A stretch of 62,254 nucleotides of DNA, filler included, from Rhizaria sp. SCN 62-66 (GCA_001724265.1; 7 parts of 7 records of this genome joined end to end with filler, not necessarily neighbours in it), one strand, 5' to 3'. Shown: positions 35,501-47,595, counted from the first letter of the whole stretch. Notes: generated by a model not told the origin, from the sequence alone. Numbers and translations are program-made.

Positions 35501-38500
35501 TTCGGCATCCATGGTTATTTGTGAGGTGTCTTACACAACATCAGAATCAATGCTACTCATTAACAGCGAATCTGACATAGCTTTAGCGTTCTATCCTTAC
35601 AGCACAGCAACAACGGTGGATATTGGTGGTAATTTTATCGATAGTATCACAATCATAATTATACCGCTTTCGCCCCAAGCAGCACGAGTTCCACTTTTTT
35701 TTTCCCCACGTGATCAACAACTCGTTCTAGGAAAGACACTTTCTGCGACTACCAACAATATGTATGCAACAGTAAATGCATCAATTGTAAACTATACTAC
35801 AATTCGCATCGACATGGACGAAATCCCGTCGTTCTTTGGGAGTGCCATATTCGTCACGGGGAGCGATGTTTTGTTTACTGATCAGAGTATGACTATGTAC
35901 GAACCATTCGGCTTTAGCGCTACGTATTTTCACATAGCTGCAGGATCATCCTCATTCATAGCAACTAGTGACACTCAGTTTGGTCCGTACGTAGCCGCCG
36001 AAGCGTATGACCCAACAAAGTTCACACTTACCGCGACCTCGGTTACTGCAACAGATATTTCCACAGCCCGCATACGAAGGTTGACATTCAATTTCGCTAC
36101 AGTTATGGGTGGTAATGGAGGTAGCAATATCAAGCTTCGCCTGAGCACAACCGGTTGTAATGTTGACTTTTCAATGGCAACTATCTCAGGTGCATCACTA
36201 GCATTAGCAGCGATCTCCAGTGGACTTATCTAGTTCAGTGTCCCTCAAGCGTGTACCAAGGGCAGCGCATGTGGTGCTATAATCAGCGTCGTTTTTGTCA
36301 ATGCTCCTGCAGGTGCAGTAAACTGGCCTCACACCATCTTAAAGTCATGCTTTTCAACACAGCTCTATTCCTCCAGTTCAGCTGTCGGAGAAACGGCGAA
36401 CGCAGATAGTGACGTGAAACTCTATGTCACTAGCGATGATCTGCCTATGTACACGATTGTTAGCGACACTAATCCTGTGCCTCCAACGCTTATGACGATG
36501 TCTCCTAGTACCAGTTATTCTTCGCGCTATGAAGGCTATTATGTTTCGAATCCGATCAACATCATCGGCGTTAACTTCGTTGGTCGCACGGACAAGTCAT
36601 ATACTCTCTCTGTTCATAGCTCGTGCATCAGTTGGTTAGAACTGCAAAATGACGCAGGTGTGCAAGTAACATCAACCACGTTTAACATGGACTTTACTGT
36701 CTATGACTTTACGGTTGTATCGACTTTCCGAATCCAGCTGCGCCAAAACAAACCAGCAACATTTCTTAGCATGTGCATTGTTCTCTCGTTGACATCGCCA
36801 ACAGCCGTTATTAACCCAGTCTCTACATCATATGCTAATCAACTATCATATTTACCATCGTTCTCAATTGGGCTTGTTGACACAAAATTAGTATCACTCT
36901 CAGAAGAAAAAGCAGTGCTCAGTGAGTTTTCACTCACATATGAGCTTAACATCATTCTCCCTAAGGATATTTCGTTATCCACGGGCATAGTCTTTGCTGC
37001 TACTCTTGACGATAACTGCTTTTGCCCAGTCCTGTCAGACGCTTTGCTTGTGACTTCTGACGCGACGCCTTACGGACAGAAGCAGCCCACTGTCGGGTCC
37101 AATTGCTCATTTTCAATTACTGAGGCACTAATTGAGGTTTACTGCAGCAGTTCAGTTCCGGAACTAAACTGGTTCTCGTTCAACCTTGTTTGCGCAAGTA
37201 TCTTTTCCGCAGAGACTCTTCACAAGTGCGTTCCTGATCTCGCGACCAAGTCCATTAAGATGTCTTTCGACGGCGGGGCAGCAGTTGATGCCTTATCCGA
37301 CTTTTACAACGCTGGGCCAGAGGTATTTCTTTCCGCGCGTTACATTCGCTGCCAAACCAACATCAACAGAGATTAAGAAATACTGTTCCATGGTTTCACT
37401 GAGCAATCGGACCGAGTGCCAGGTACTACTGAGCAAGGATGCCGCCAATACGTTTGTTATCGAGGACATTGCAGGAACAATCGCTAATAGCTACAATCTT
37501 TTCGGCAGCGGTGCTGTTGCAGTCTTGGTAACAGGCACAGTGAGGGTCACCGAGGTTTTGAAGCAATGGTACGCGACATCTGATGAGTATAGCGGCGACT
37601 ACTTCAGCTATTCAGTCACCGGCGCCAATCCAGTCGCGCTATACAGGACGATCCGATTCACGCCTATTGTCGGGTTAGTCGCGCTACATCCCGCCTATAC
37701 ATTGGTGACTACGTACACAGTTGAATTTGCTTCTACGTGCAGCAACATTATGATTGGTGATAGCTCAGTAGCAATTCTACCGGCTCGTGCTGCGCCTGGC
37801 ATCGGGCTCATGACCATCAACTCAACAAGCTTCACTATTTCAACAGGATCCAATCTCGGCGACTTTGCCGAGTTTAATGGCACCAACGCTGCGTTTGTAT
37901 ATCGCGTGGCATACGCACCATACCTGTCCACTGGTCTGCCCGCTCCGTGTTTTAAGGCTGGTGCGGGGGCATACATCCCAGGTGTTTCGCCAACGAGTAA
38001 TGTCGGGCCGTTCCCGACCGCTGGCCCGCTACAACCGTTATTTCTAATTGTGCCCGTGGGTGTTAGTGTAGAGTCAGATCAGCCCGAAGATACTGTCTAC
38101 AATCTTAGGCTGCTTATCATTCCACGCTACTCTATGCCAACGAGCATCTCAATTGTCATTACATATGATGAAGTCCGGTGTCCACTAAAGGGTGAAGGTT
38201 TGTTCTTCGGTGAATTTTCGTATATCTATGATGTAGCTACAAGTCGTGGCTCGTCGCCGTATACGAGTTGTTCAAAGTTCCCGACTGGCTCCAATCGTAG
38301 CTTTGGAGTAAAGTGCTTGGGTAGCTTTGATACAGCAACACACGGAGACATTTTTTTAACCATCAGCGGCCTCGTTATTGCGCGCACGAGTACTCATTTT
38401 ACAAATAGGCTTGATGGCACGTGCTTCACTGCGTCCATTGAGCGTATGACCGCAGGGTACCCCGATGAAGACACACGCGCAATGACGGGGAGTTTTGTAA

Positions 38501-39882
38501 TACCGTCGTTCTTGAGTGTGCATCAGTCAACGGTATTTGACCATGATGCCAACAACAACACAGGGATATCGATGGCTGTGCTGTTGGGTGCGGCCCATTT
38601 CTCTCCTTTGAGCAGTTGTGAATTCGTGTTTGACTTCCCAAAAACACGTTTTGTTCCCACAGACGCGTGGATTAATCTTCAGAGAGCTATCGACAACACA
38701 CCGCTTCTGGTAATGCCGTCTGGTGGCGTAGTTGGGAGCGCGCTCAACTTGTCAGTGCTGGCACTGTCAGACGTGTGGTGCAATGTACACTCACCATCCC
38801 TTCTCGTTGACGGCTGCTGGTTTGAGTCAACAGGTACTGTGTCTACCACAGCGTATTTGCGCACCGACGTATTGTTTGATCACACAAACATCTGGGTTAA
38901 TAACACTGTGAACGGTGTCAACACAAACGCACTCGCGGGCTTTGTACCTACGCGCCAACTGCCGCTTGCGGCGCAGCGTCTGTCGGCTAGTTTGATATAC
39001 ACGGGCCTCGATTTAGATCCTGCCAGTCTTGGCAATGCAGGAATTACGCTTGTGCTGAGGTACATAACAACTTTTCTCACAACAGCCAAGCATATCATCA
39101 CGCTTCCAAGCACGTTGTCTTATTTTTCAACAAGTATGAGCGGCACTGGCTATGACTCATTTAGTTGCGCCAGTAATATCTGCACAGGCCAAGCGTCAGT
39201 TGACACGATATTTACAATCACAATCGCTGGGATTGTTGTATCGACCGCACCATACGAATTGTTGCGTGCTAACATTGCGATTTATGACGCGGTTACGGTT
39301 CCGGGCAACATTTCTCTTTCAATCGCCGCGTACGCGGCACCGGAGCTGCGCGCAATTGAAGGATATGAGCCTACAGACAGGTTGATTGCGTACAGAGCCG
39401 TCCAGTCTACCGTCTCCTTTTTGGGACGTATTTCTGGCCCTATGCCGCCATATAATGAAGATTACACCGTTAGCGTTACTGGCTCTGGCGGCAGCTTTAA
39501 TCTGACGTCGCGAGTATCACTCGCGTACACGCGCATCTTGATCTAGCCCACTGCAAATTTTAATGTCAAAATCGCGGTAGATTCGCCCCACCTGCTTGCC
39601 GGCGGGTCCCCTACGCTTAATAGCATTGCCGTTTTCCGGCCCGGCACGCCGACTTGTACGGTTCCAGTTGTCGCCAATGTTGCATCACTCGGGGATTGCT
39701 CAGGCTTTCCACAAGACACCATCGTCAACCTGGAGATTACCACAGGGCACACGCAGCTTCCCGTGCTCCCGGTTTGGATTGAAGTGCTGCTTGGCAGCGA
39801 TAAATTTGTGCGCTTCCCAATCAAGCTGCCAACGACTCCGCTCCCATTGACCATTTTGTCTGTGACAGAACCGGTTCCTGAA
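32581..39882 (+). CDS. Large secreted/surface protein, Ser/Thr- and Cys-containing, beta-rich, 3' truncated; five in-frame TAGs and two apparent frameshifts
   Basis: Signal-peptide-like MFRFALSWAVVVWFVLFTFVENAVVVA. ORFs link in frame across TAG at 34126, 34168, 34174, 36231 and 39544. Frame changes occur near 35310-35436 and 37320-37370. The frame is open to the contig end. No family recognised. Confidence 0.65.
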
Positions 39883-39983
39883 NNNNNNNNNNNNNNNNNN
39901 NNNNNNNNNNNNNNNNNNNNNNNNNNTTAATTAATTAANNNNNNNNNNNNNNNNNNNNNNNNNNNNNNNNNNNNNNNNNNNNG

Positions 39984-40190
39984 AAGCCCGCTTGCGAGTA
40001 CCAGGCCCCCGTCCCCCAGCAGCTCACCGCCCTCGGCTGCTGCCCCTGCAACCCCGCCAACGTCAAGGCCTCGATGATCTCTGCCTCCGAGTCCGTGACT
40101 TCCGAGAACCTCCCCTCGTTCGCCGAGGTGATGGCCTCCGTCAAGTACCAGGCCGCCAACGGCCAGGAGTGCTGCGCTTGCAAGGCGTAA
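39984..40190 (+). CDS. 3' fragment of a Cys-rich protein with strong codon bias
   Basis: KPACEYQAPVPQQLTALGCCPCNPANVKASMISASESVTSENLPSFAEVMASVKYQAANGQECCACKA*. Codons are almost all C/G-ending, as in the ribosomal protein genes. The TAA overlaps a possible GTAAGT donor. Confidence 0.6.
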   Translation, partial: KPACEYQAPVPQQLTALGCCPCNPANVKASMISASESVTSENLPSFAEVMASVKYQAANGQECCACKA

Positions 40191-40963
40191 GTTCTTAAAA
40201 CAATTTTTTTAAGGACGGCTGCTGACCTGGTAGGGTTGTGACCGCTGATGAGAGGGTTAGTGGTGCTGGTAGGAGGTTTTCATTCTGAACAACTCAACCA
40301 ACACGCACTCACGCCCCTGCCTCCTCCCTGTCCGCACCTTCACCAACACGCGCGCCATGTAGAATATATGCGGCGCGATCTGGACGACGCGGATAGAAGA
40401 CCAGCAAACTGAGTTTTGTTAGTTAGTTAGGTTCAACAACATAAAAGATGTGTGACTGTCTATGTCAAAAGCTCCTTATTTCCTGTTGGAGTTTTTTCCT
40501 ACTTGTCCCTGAATACACATCATAGATTGAAATATTATCATTCAATATACACTGCTATGACCATGATGTGTGTACTAGTCTAGGTGCAACGGAGCACGCA
40601 GGGCAACAGACTTGCGTATATTAATGTCCTGGGCGTTACATTAATTAATGGTGAACTGGCAGAGAAAATAACACATTATCCATTGATTCTTCATATATAT
40701 TCTATAACTCACAAAATTTAACCCCACAACATAGTTGTTGGCGACTCGTTGACACGGCTTTTTGTGAATTTCTGAGCCGTCCACAAACGGTTACCTCGCA
40801 CACAGCTGCTCATGATTTTGAATGAGGACATTAAGAAAACAGCCATGTTTCTCCATCCTGGCCGTAGTATAGCAGATTGCTTTTTGATTTTTATATAACA
40901 TGTAGTATTGAACTTATATCTTTATTATTCTCTTTCAATTCTGCGTTTGTAGACCACCGTCCT

Positions 40964-42376
40964 ATGTCTGATTCCGACTCTGAGCTCTTCGGCAACGACG
41001 ACGCTATCATTGAGCAGCGCAAGTCCCAGCTCTCTGCTATCGTTGCCCCCGCCGCCCGTGCCCCTAAGCCCTCTGCTGACGAGTTTCCCGTACGTCTTTG
41101 TATCAATTCTGCATCATGTTGTCTCATCATATATCCCTGCGTTTGATGCCTTCTCAATGCAACACTCACTTGTCACCTTCCCGAACCTTCTGTCACTCCC
41201 TTTACTCGGCGCTCTCAGGATGACGACGCCGCGTTCCGCGCCCAGTTCGACCGCGACCACGCTGCGTTTCACGACGGTATTACGACCGAGGTCCCGCTCT
41301 GGGGCTCGCGTGTGCCCGCCGGCATGGAGGACCATGCCAACTGGAAGGACCTGCCCGAGCAGGAGGTCGAGCAGGTCAAGCCCGACGCCTACGGGCCCGA
41401 ATTCGAGCGCATCTACACCGAGCGCCAGACGCTGCTCAACGCCAAGAAGGCGGTCGTACGTTAATTTTGTGGTATTTATCAAAACCTCGTCTCTTGACTT
41501 GTTTTGCTTTCTTGTTTACTCACACTTTATCTTATTTCGCTATTATCATACCATCACTGTTGTTAACCCTGCTACAGTCGATCGTGCTGCCCCAGGTCGC
41601 CGCGCTGGTGACCAACACGCAGAACCTGTCTACGGCGGCGGACGACGAGGCCAAGGCGCTTTATAAGAAGCTTATCGCCAAGAACCTCAAGACGCGCGCC
41701 GCGCTGCTGGCCGAGCTCCAGGGCTACGTCGACATGTACGCCGAGACCGAGTGGGGTACGTCGAAACTATCTTATAACATCCAAATAGGAAGTGTCGAAA
41801 GCATATGGTCAAATCATGCAAATTAAATTGTGCTCGTATCTTTATAATTTGGTTGCCTTCTCTTCAACTGGTGCCGATCAATGATGTCGAGCTAACTATG
41901 TTCCCTTCACTTCTCCCTTCACTTCCAATTCCTGCTTTGTCATTTTGATGTAGGTTCTGACCTCCAGAAGCTCCACGCTGTCGCATCGCAAGACTCCTAC
42001 CCTGATGACCAGCACCCTCGCGTACGTCGACACCAACATCCCTGACCTCAACTATTCCGACTTCTCGTGTGCATAGAGACATGTTCTATGATGAATGTCA
42101 TCGAGGTCGATGAAACTCATCTACTTCTTTAGCATTGATCTTGTAGCACTGGATTCAAGCCTGATTTAAATTATGACATTTGATGCTGCACAACCACACT
42201 TACCTGCTATGTCCCGCATTCCTTATCATGTATTTCTGTGACAATTGGTTCATTTAACATCATAGTTCGTGGAGCAGGCGAAGCGCTTCGTGCAGCGAGT
42301 GTTCCAGCGCCAGTACAAGATGATGCAGGAGATGAAGGCCGTCAAGCAGGCCTTCCTTAAGGCCAAGACCGCGTAA
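40964..42376 (+). CDS. Uncharacterised multi-exon helical protein (exons 40964-41089, 41219-41455, 41578-41755, 41954-42021, 42266-42376; possible upstream exon 40845-40863)
   Basis: Four GTACGT...YAG introns splice GC-rich exons into one frame (MSDSDSELFGND...EFP|DDDAAF...KAV|SIVLP...EWG SDLQ...HPR|FVEQAKRF...KAKTA*). Stop TAA. Confidence 0.8.
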
Positions 42377-42817
42377 GTCCATGTCATACGTATGACAGTG
42401 TTAACAACATATATCACACAGGTACAATAGTAGTTTAGTCAAGTCATGAACCCGCGGTAACGGATCGAATGCTCTCATTCTGAGACTGGATATCCGTACG
42501 TTGTTTTCAATTTTGCGCGGTAAAAGTAAGTAGAAGGTGGACTTCCGCTTATAAAATATGTGAAAACCCGGTTATAATTCTCAAAATACATAAACATAAC
42601 TCTGAACACGTCTGTTTATTTTAGCTATGTCTCCTTTGCTGACGTGTGTGCCGTTTGTGGCGCAGATCGGCCCTCGAAGAGACCGACAGACCAGGATCTC
42701 GTATCATCGCTTATCACATTCAGTCGATCGTCGAATAGCACCAGCGTTGAAGTATCTTATCAAATTGCACTTTGACTTTCTTTTCATTATTTGTAGTGGT
42801 GACGTCGAGGACCTCTA

Positions 42818-45800
42818 ATGCCGGGCTTCGTATCCACCCCTTCTCAACCCTACTCAGGGCAGGAGAAGGGGAGCTCAGGCTCTTCTCACGATGGCGCAGG
42901 CCAGCGTTGGGCTCCCAAGGCTTACTACGCCAATTCCACATTTGAGTCATATGATCCCTATGTATCCTCGACGACTAACGCAAAAGATGGCGTTTTGCCG
43001 TCGCAAATGCACTTTCATGACGCCCTCTTCTTCGACGCCACGGAAACCGTTGAAGGAGCACTCGCCAGCAGCGATGTGCCGTTCGTCGAGATCACTCAGC
43101 GTATCCGATTTGTTGCCGTCGTCGTCCGTGTAGCTTTGCTATGTACCATGGTACGCTTTTTGTCACGTCTTCTTTTCAAACTACGTTGCTTCAAAGTCAC
43201 TTGCTCTCTAACTTCTCACATCACTGTTGTGTCCTATTGCTCGCAACACTCTGCATCTCGTCTAGTTCCTGTCGCTGCCTTTGTTCTTCATTGCGTGGCG
43301 CCTGGCCTCGCACCGCGTCCCCGTGCTGCTGCTGATTGCGCTTGTACTCGCAGTCGTCGCCGGTGGCCTCGTCGTCCTCGCATGCACCGGCGTGCTAGGA
43401 ATGCAGCGTCTCATTGCGCTCGGCACGCCTAGCTCCGGCGCGCACTCGCACTCGCACAACTCTCGTGTCCGCTCCAGTTCCCTTGACGCGGTGAATCGAA
43501 TTTCTGCTCACGCGAGCACTCTTGTTGATAACCAACAGCACTCCCAGGAGAAGCTGCAGCAGCAGCAGCAGCAAGACAGTGGTAGCGCCAAGAGCAAGGC
43601 CGCCTCCAAGACGAAGACTCCCGCGGTGCCGAGCTACTTTGACGCCGCTGCGATGGACACCTTGAGAACCGGTGCAGCCAGTGGCAGCGACAGCGAAGTG
43701 CTTCACGTCTCGGTCACGCGCCCTCAACACAGTAACAACAACAACAACAACAACAACAATAACAACAACGGCACTGCGTCCGGACAGCGGAGCGGTGCTG
43801 GCCAGTACTACGACGCGTACGACCTGGAGAGTAGCGGCGCCGGCCCGCTCCTGCACGGCGACTCTTTCACCCCCGCGTCATCGCTCACCACCTCGCTGTC
43901 CCTGTCGTCCTCTTCGGCAGCAGCCCACGGTCACGCCGCGCCGGTGGGCGGGTACGGCTACTCCGCCGAGCTGCTGGATTATTACGACCCCGATGAGGAC
44001 GAGAGCATTCTCGGCGCGCTGAGCCCGCTACCAGTGCCGGTGCAGTCGAACTACAACGGCAGCGGTGCACACGGGCACACTGCGCACGGCCAACAGCAGC
44101 GGCAGCAGCAGCAGCAGCAGCAGCGGTCGCAGGCTGAGCTAGTCTAGCTGCAGCGCGTGAGCACCGGGGATGAGACTGCGGGCGACAAGAGCACGTCCGA
44201 CTACGGCACCGACTCCGAGGGCGGCGCACTCGTCACCGTGACCAGCTCCCGGCAGCAGGCTGGCCAGCAGGCGAACGGCGCCGGCAAAAGCTCTCTGAGC
44301 CACATCATCGCTGCCAGTCAGTACGACGTGGGCAACGGTACCGGCTTTGACAGCCTCGCCGACAGCAACAGCAGCTACGCGCGCAGCCGCCACTCGCGCA
44401 GCGGCAGCGGCGGCAAGGGTAAGCGCCGCAGCAAGAGCCGCCGCAGCGGCAGCAGCAGCGGCAGCGGCAAAGCTGCGGACCCGGCGACGGCGATCGCCCT
44501 GCTGACGACCTTCTTGACCTTTGCGGTGCCGGTCGCGGCCGTGCTGCTGCTGCTGTCAGGGCTGCTGCTGGCGTTTCCCGCGCACGCGTCAGCCTACGTG
44601 CACGTGCGGTGGCACGAGGCGCTGTCGATGCACGCTGCGTCCTCGGTCACGGCCTCAAGCTCCGCGCTGTCGGTGCTCGCGCCGGCCGCCTCCGCCCTCG
44701 TCCCCGCAGCCGCGCCCGCGGGCCTGGGCCCCACAGCCGCCGCCGCGACTGCCGCTGTCGCGCTGTCCGCGGGCGGCGGCATGCCCCGGTTCGGCGTCCC
44801 GCCCTCGCTGCGTCGCTCGCACCGCTTCGTCACCCTTGCGCTCACGGTCACCTCCACGGTCACGCTCCTCTCCGCGCTGCTCATCGGGCTCGCCGCGGTC
44901 CTGGCCGTGAAGCTGCTGCTGCCCGTTGCGCTGCCGCCCGTGCCCGCCTTCGCCACGGCGACACCCATCGCCGGCGTCGCCGCCTCGGTGCTCACGGTCG
45001 CGGGCGCCGTCCTCGACATCGCCAACGCGGACTGCGCCTACACCGCCGCTGTCGCCACCGCGCTCGCGCGCGCCAACGCCGCCAGACCCGCCGCGGCGGC
45101 GGCAGCCGCGGTGACGGCAGCCGCGGCGGCGGCGGGCGCAGCCACGGCAGCGAGCGCGGCCTCTCCGACGGGTGGTGCGAGTGCGAGCACCGGGCTCGAT
45201 GCGCTGTCCTTCTTCTGGGGCTCCAGCGAGCGCGTGTGTCTGCACGGGCCTGTGCTGAAGCTGACACCCGCGCTGCTGATGCTCGGCGGCGTGTGTCTGC
45301 TGCTGCTGGTGCTGCTTAACGTGCTCACGCTCAGCAAGGCGTTCAACCCGGGCAATCGCGATGGCGGCAACGGAAACCGCATTGCCGAGGTCCAGACAGT
45401 AAAGGGCAACGGTAACTCCGTGCGCTTGCCCGGCATTGCGGGTCACAGCGACAGCGAACATGGCGGCAACGGCAGCGCCGGGGGCAGCAACAGCAGCGTC
45501 AACAGCAACGGCGTGTTCATGCTCAAGGCCCGCACTCTGCCGTCGGTCTCTCTGTTCCTGTCGCAGGCGCGACGCGTGCTGTCTGTGCTCGTTGCCATCG
45601 CGCTGCCGCTGATGCTCATTTCGCTCCTGCGCGCCTCCGTTGGCCTGGAGCAACACCTGCTGCAGTCGCCCGCCGTCGCGCACGACATCTCCATCAAGGT
45701 CATGGGGGCGCATCTTTTGCACGCGCACGCGCACAGCCAGCGCCGCACTGCCGTCGGCGCCCATAGTGGCGAGGCGGGCGCTGCGCGCGGCGGGATGGGC

Positions 45801-46343
45801 CGCGGCCTGGGGCTGGACTCGGCGGCGTGGCTGGGGCCCGACGCGGCGACCGCGATGGGTCCGTTCGAGTCCGTCGCCGACGCCATCAACACTTGGCGCA
45901 AACACGTCACGGCCACGGCGACGGCCAAGCTCGCTGCGGACGGCGCTCTCGCCGACGCCGACGCGGTTGCCGACGCCGCCGTGGACGCGGACGAGTCGCC
46001 CGAGGCTCTCGCAGCGCGGCTGGGGCTCACGAGCGGACTCGCGACGCACACTGACGGCGACGGCGCCGGTGGTCCAAGCCATGACTCTAATGTTGCAGCT
46101 GTCGCCGCTGCGTCTAGCGCTGCTGGGTGGAGCCCCGAGCGGCACAATGTCACTGTGAAGCTGGGGCTCGCGCGCAAGGTGGCGCATGAGTTCGCGAAGA
46201 TTGTCCTCGTGGCCAAGGTCCATCTGACGGCGTTAATCGTGCTAGTCGCCGTGGTCGGCGCTGTGGCAGTGGGTTACGTCACGCTGGGCGCTAAGGCCGA
46301 GCAGATTATCGCGCTTACGGCCGGGGACTACGCTGCGCGGTGA
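42818..46343 (+). CDS. Uncharacterised multi-pass membrane protein with low-complexity loops (exons 42818-43150, 43266-46343; in-frame TAG at 44145)
   Basis: Intron 43151-43265 (GTACGC...TCTAG) gives LCTM|FLSLPLFF. ORFs 43281-44147 and 44157-46343 are one frame split only by TAG (AELV*LQRVS). Several hydrophobic helices. Stop TGA. Confidence 0.75.
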
Positions 46344-47158
46344 ACGTAAAATCTTTTTGGGGACGTTTAAACGTATGTATGGTTGCTGTTGTAAAGTTTA
46401 TGTTACTTAGTCGATTCATGGTCTCTGTAGTAGACAAGGTCTACCAAGGCCATATGATGTGATATACAAATGCAAATGTTATTTTACTATGTATGAACGC
46501 TGTGTGTAAAATATATGGCGATATGAAATTCATAACTGATTTTTCTCTCTCGCTATATAGTAAAATAGAGTCGATGAGCTCGAACTGCTATGATTCTTGT
46601 TCAGTGGCGGGACCGAAAAATGAATAGGCGTGTTTGCTTTCCTTCTGCGAGATTATTTAGGAAAGCTTTGTGACTTTAGGAGTGGAACAAAGTGAAAGAA
46701 AATTGAAATACTAGAATTAACCATGCACGGGACGTACATTAATCTTTAGTGGCATGTTGAGGCGAACAGCTGCAGTCATGGGACGCTGCGACCGCCGCCG
46801 CTTAAACCAACGGACTCGGCAGGCTACTTTTTCCCTTGTTGTCCTTCTGGCCGACCTGTAACGCGGACAAAAGACGCATATGCAAATTAGACGCGTTATA
46901 ATATCATACGTATATGTTATTTTTACCTCTTGCATACTAATTTAAGCCTTCCTTATTGTCCTGTGTCGTTCTTTTTAACCCAGGCTTTGGACTCGTTTGG
47001 TACCCGAGTCACTCTCGTAAGGCCTTTCGATCAGTTCAAAACAGACTCGCGTTTGCGGCGCGCCGCATTGCTCTTACTTCGACAGCCTCGCCGCCGTTGT
47101 TAACGCCCCTGTAGCCCCAGACGCCCCGGTGCTGCTGCGCTGTTTGTAACGCGCCCCG

Positions 47159-47368
47159 ATGAGCTCAAAGTTCGAAAGCACGGCTGAGGAGCTGAACTCC
47201 CTCATCGACAAGAATGAGGACAGCCGCTCCGTCGTCAGCGACCTCACCGAGTCCCGCGACTCTCTCACTACGTTCCTTTTCCGCACCTACGACTCCGCCG
47301 TGTCGGGCGTGTGCTGGCTCATGTACGGCCTGCACCACGACACCTCTGTGCCCACCTGGCTGTCCGTT
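47159..47368 (+). CDS. 5' fragment of an unidentified protein, cut by contig end
   Basis: ATG-initiated GC-rich frame open to the gap (MSSKFESTAEELNSLIDKNED...WLMYGLHHDTSVPTWLSV). Confidence 0.55.
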
Positions 47369-47469
47369 NNNNNNNNNNNNNNNNNNNNNNNNNNNNNNNN
47401 NNNNNNNNNNNNTTAATTAATTAANNNNNNNNNNNNNNNNNNNNNNNNNNNNNNNNNNNNNNNNNNNNC

Positions 47470-47595
47470 TTCTACAAGGTCCTCGGCAACGGCAACTTCC
47501 CCCAGGTCCCCGTCATCGTCAAGGCCAAGATCTTCTCCTCCCTCGCTGAGAAGAAGATCACTGCCGCCGGTGGTGTCTGCGTCCTCACCGCGTAA
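47470..47595 (+). CDS. RPL27A: 60S ribosomal protein L27a (uL15), C-terminal fragment
   Basis: [41 protein letters not shown] matches the uL15 C-terminus. Stop TAA. Confidence 0.93.
   Translation, partial: FYKVLGNGNFPQVPVIVKAKIFSSLAEKKITAAGGVCVLTA

Noticed and set aside
42088-42164. Intronic box C (ATGATGA) and box D (CTGA) resembling a C/D snoRNA
   Set aside because: No terminal stem and no convincing rRNA-complementary guide could be identified by eye; a snoscan or Infernal search would be needed.
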